From an uncultured Candidatus Bathyarchaeia archaeon (GTDB taxonomy: Archaea; Thermoproteota; Bathyarchaeia; Hecatellales; Hecatellaceae), in assembly GCA_964485425.1 (NCBI GenBank), contig CAZAJK010000001.1, forward strand, positions 1 through 43,290: 43,290 bases of DNA, in the 5' to 3' direction. A program made the translations under genes and the position numbers. The notes under the pieces are model-generated. The model was not told the origin of the DNA and searched no databases. It saw only the letters and a program-made list of their open reading frames with translations. Each line of letters opens with the position of its first letter. Position 1 is the first letter of the stretch. This document shows positions 41,667-43,290 of this stretch, one piece after another.

Positions 41667-42865
41667 CCTGCCTCAAGCAGGTTTTCTAACTCCTTTCTAA
41701 GCAGGTTTGAGGGTGCTGGAAGCCCCACTAGGGTTGTTCTCCCCCTTAAACCCTTCCCCGAAGCCTTAGCCTGAACCAAACCCGACATTGCCATGGCTTT
41801 CAAGTATTTCCAGAGCTGGGTGTGCCGCCTAGGGGTCTCCCCATACTCTTCGCAGGCGGCATTATATTCGCTTTCAATTTCACCGAAGGAGGCGTAGGCT
41901 GCCTCTGAAGCCTCTAAAAGCCTGGCAATTGAGAGGAGGAGAAGTTTTTCATGGCGGCTTAAGGCTTTAAGATGCTCCCTTCTAACGGCTGGGTTTACTC
42001 TAAGCTGCGCTGCTCTAACATGTTCAGGCAACACTTTAGGCGACCTTTCCATGTCAGCCTGCTTTCCAGCTAGCCAGAGAAGTTCTATGGCGAATCTTGC
42101 GTCACCTCTTTCGCCTGCTAGGTCTGCAGCTAGCTCTATGGCTTCCGGCAGGACGGCGTCTTCCTTGAAGGCTTCCTCAACCCTATATTCGAGGATTTCT
42201 TTTAGCTGGGTGGGTGTGTATTTGGCTAGGCGGAGCACGTTATGGCCTAGGGTGCTCCTAGCGCTGACATCTAGTCTGGCTAAAGCTTCCTCGCATTCAG
42301 GCTCCCTAAAAATGAAGATTAGGGAGAGCCGTTTAGGCTTCTCCTCAAGCTCCCAAAGCCTGGTTAAATTGTAGATGGGATCTGAACCCTCCTTTCTAAT
42401 TAGGGATTCAGCCTCATCTAAGGCTAAAAGTAGGTAAAGCTTTTTGCGTTCTAAAACTTCAACCAGCATTTCCAGGAGCTCTTCAGCTGAGTATCCGCGT
42501 TCCGGAATCTTTTCCCCAAGCCTTTTCATTAACGTTTTTAGGGCTGTGTAGAAGCTTCCCTCCTCCCTGCAGTTGAGGTGGACAAATTTCAGGCCTATAC
42601 CCTTATGGTTGGCATAGGCCTCAAAGTCTAAGCCAAACCTCCGGGTTAAAACCGTTTTACCCGTGCCTAGAGGCCCTTTAATCATCAGCCTAGGAGCCAT
42701 GGAGCCCGGAGCCTCAACCAAAACCCTGAAAATTTGAACCAGCCTTCTAAGCTCTTCCTCCCGGTGGGGAAGCCTAGGTGGAACATATTCCGGTGAAAGC
42801 TTAGATTCATCTTTGAAAACGGTTGAGGCTGAAAGTTCTTTTTCAACTAGGTTTGATTCGCCCAA
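41663..42865 (-). CDS. cdc6: Orc1/Cdc6 replication initiator
   Basis: IFKDESKLSPEYVPPRLPHREEELRRL, Walker A GPLGTGKT, Walker B LLALDEAE, and a C-terminal winged helix. TTG start. Confidence 0.9.
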   Translation of the reverse strand: MGESNLVEKELSASTVFKDESKLSPEYVPPRLPHREEELRRLVQIFRVLVEAPGSMAPRLMIKGPLGTGKTVLTRRFGLDFEAYANHKGIGLKFVHLNCREEGSFYTALKTLMKRLGEKIPERGYSAEELLEMLVEVLERKKLYLLLALDEAESLIRKEGSDPIYNLTRLWELEEKPKRLSLIFIFREPECEEALARLDVSARSTLGHNVLRLAKYTPTQLKEILEYRVEEAFKEDAVLPEAIELAADLAGERGDARFAIELLWLAGKQADMERSPKVLPEHVRAAQLRVNPAVRREHLKALSRHEKLLLLSIARLLEASEAAYASFGEIESEYNAACEEYGETPRRHTQLWKYLKAMAMSGLVQAKASGKGLRGRTTLVGLPAPSNLLRKELENLLEAG

Positions 42866-42934
42866 GCTTGAGGCCCCAGGCTAAACGAACATCAAGCATA
42901 ATCTTACATGTTATGGCTGAAAAATTTTGGCTGA

Positions 42935-43290
42935 CTAGTGTTTGAGAAGCTTTTCCTCGTATTTTCTGAGGTATTCGGCTGCTCCTCCCACGTCTACGAA
43001 AAGCCTTCCAACCCTTTCCACGTCTTCAACCTCGATTTGGCTGCGCTTGTTTACGGCGGCGTTTTGGCCTGCTAGGCTTAAAAGCTGGACGGCATAGCGT
43101 AGGGAGGTCTTCATGCCTAGGTCTGTAAGTTTTTCGAGGGCGTCGTCGGCTATTTTAACTTTCTCCTCAACGGCTCTTATCTTTAAAATTTCTCTGATGC
43201 TCTCCCTGTCATACTGTTCGGTCATAATGATTACGGAGCGGTCGATTAGGTCTAGGGGGAAGCCGAAGGGGCTTTCCACCTCCGTCCCCC
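42935..43290 (-). CDS. TIP49/RuvB-like AAA+ helicase, C-terminal part (5' end outside the window)
   Basis: LDLIDRSVIIMTEQYDRESIREILKIRAVEE...SLRYAVQLL matches the TIP49 C-terminal domain. The ORF is open to the window edge. Confidence 0.8.
   Translation of the reverse strand, partial: GTEVESPFGFPLDLIDRSVIIMTEQYDRESIREILKIRAVEEKVKIADDALEKLTDLGMKTSLRYAVQLLSLAGQNAAVNKRSQIEVEDVERVGRLFVDVGGAAEYLRKYEEKLLKH

Noticed and set aside
42866-42934. Replication origin next to orc1/cdc6
   Set aside because: The upstream spacer is only about 70 bp and is not markedly AT-rich. I found no repeated ORB-like boxes. The downstream side overlaps uppS.
1-43290. CRISPR arrays, transposases, integrases, prophage or defence islands
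   Set aside because: I saw no repeat-spacer periodicity and no recombinase, transposase or defence-type domains in any frame. The tRNA is not flanked by an integrase or by direct repeats of its 3' half.

Overview
This is a densely coding archaeal chromosomal segment. Gene content looks TACK/Thermoproteota-like: a short ERCC4-only XPF, a TIP49/RuvB-like helicase, Orc1/Cdc6, RtcB plus archease, Trm1 and a GPN-loop GTPase. I call 49 CDS (one truncated at the right edge) and one tRNA. I saw no rRNA, CRISPR array, transposase or integrase. All calls come from reading motifs by eye; no searches were run. The centre of the window (13.6-28.8 kb) is a bidirectional super-cluster covering almost the whole archaeal membrane-lipid route. 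The leftward arm runs GGR, GGGP synthase, G1P dehydrogenase, HMG-CoA synthase, thiolase, DUF35 and GGPP synthase. The rightward arm runs a Tes/GDGT-MAS-like radical SAM enzyme, DGGGP synthase, an Sfm1-like SPOUT protein, a UbiD-type decarboxylase, the aconitase-X large and small subunits and isopentenyl phosphate kinase. Mevalonate kinase and an SCP2 protein converge on the right arm. The left part of the window holds a TrmB-family regulator divergent from a MacB-type ABC transporter whose ATPase and permease bracket an 894-aa repeat-rich surface protein. It also holds small housekeeping genes and a tRNA-Gly. The right part holds repair, tRNA-modification and replication housekeeping genes. 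The main oddities seen directly in the sequence are as follows. Two lipid genes (GGGP synthase and the Tes homologue) have conserved N-terminal coding sequence with no in-frame ATG/GTG/TTG. Each has a CTG two codons (6 nt) after an in-frame TGA, at normal Shine-Dalgarno spacing. TTG is about as frequent as ATG as a start codon, and GTG is rare. The tRNA-Gly has C instead of U at position 33 and sits 21 nt upstream of a CDS. Every convergent gene pair abuts or overlaps. There is also a GDPD fusion to a nucleoside-deoxyribosyltransferase-like domain.
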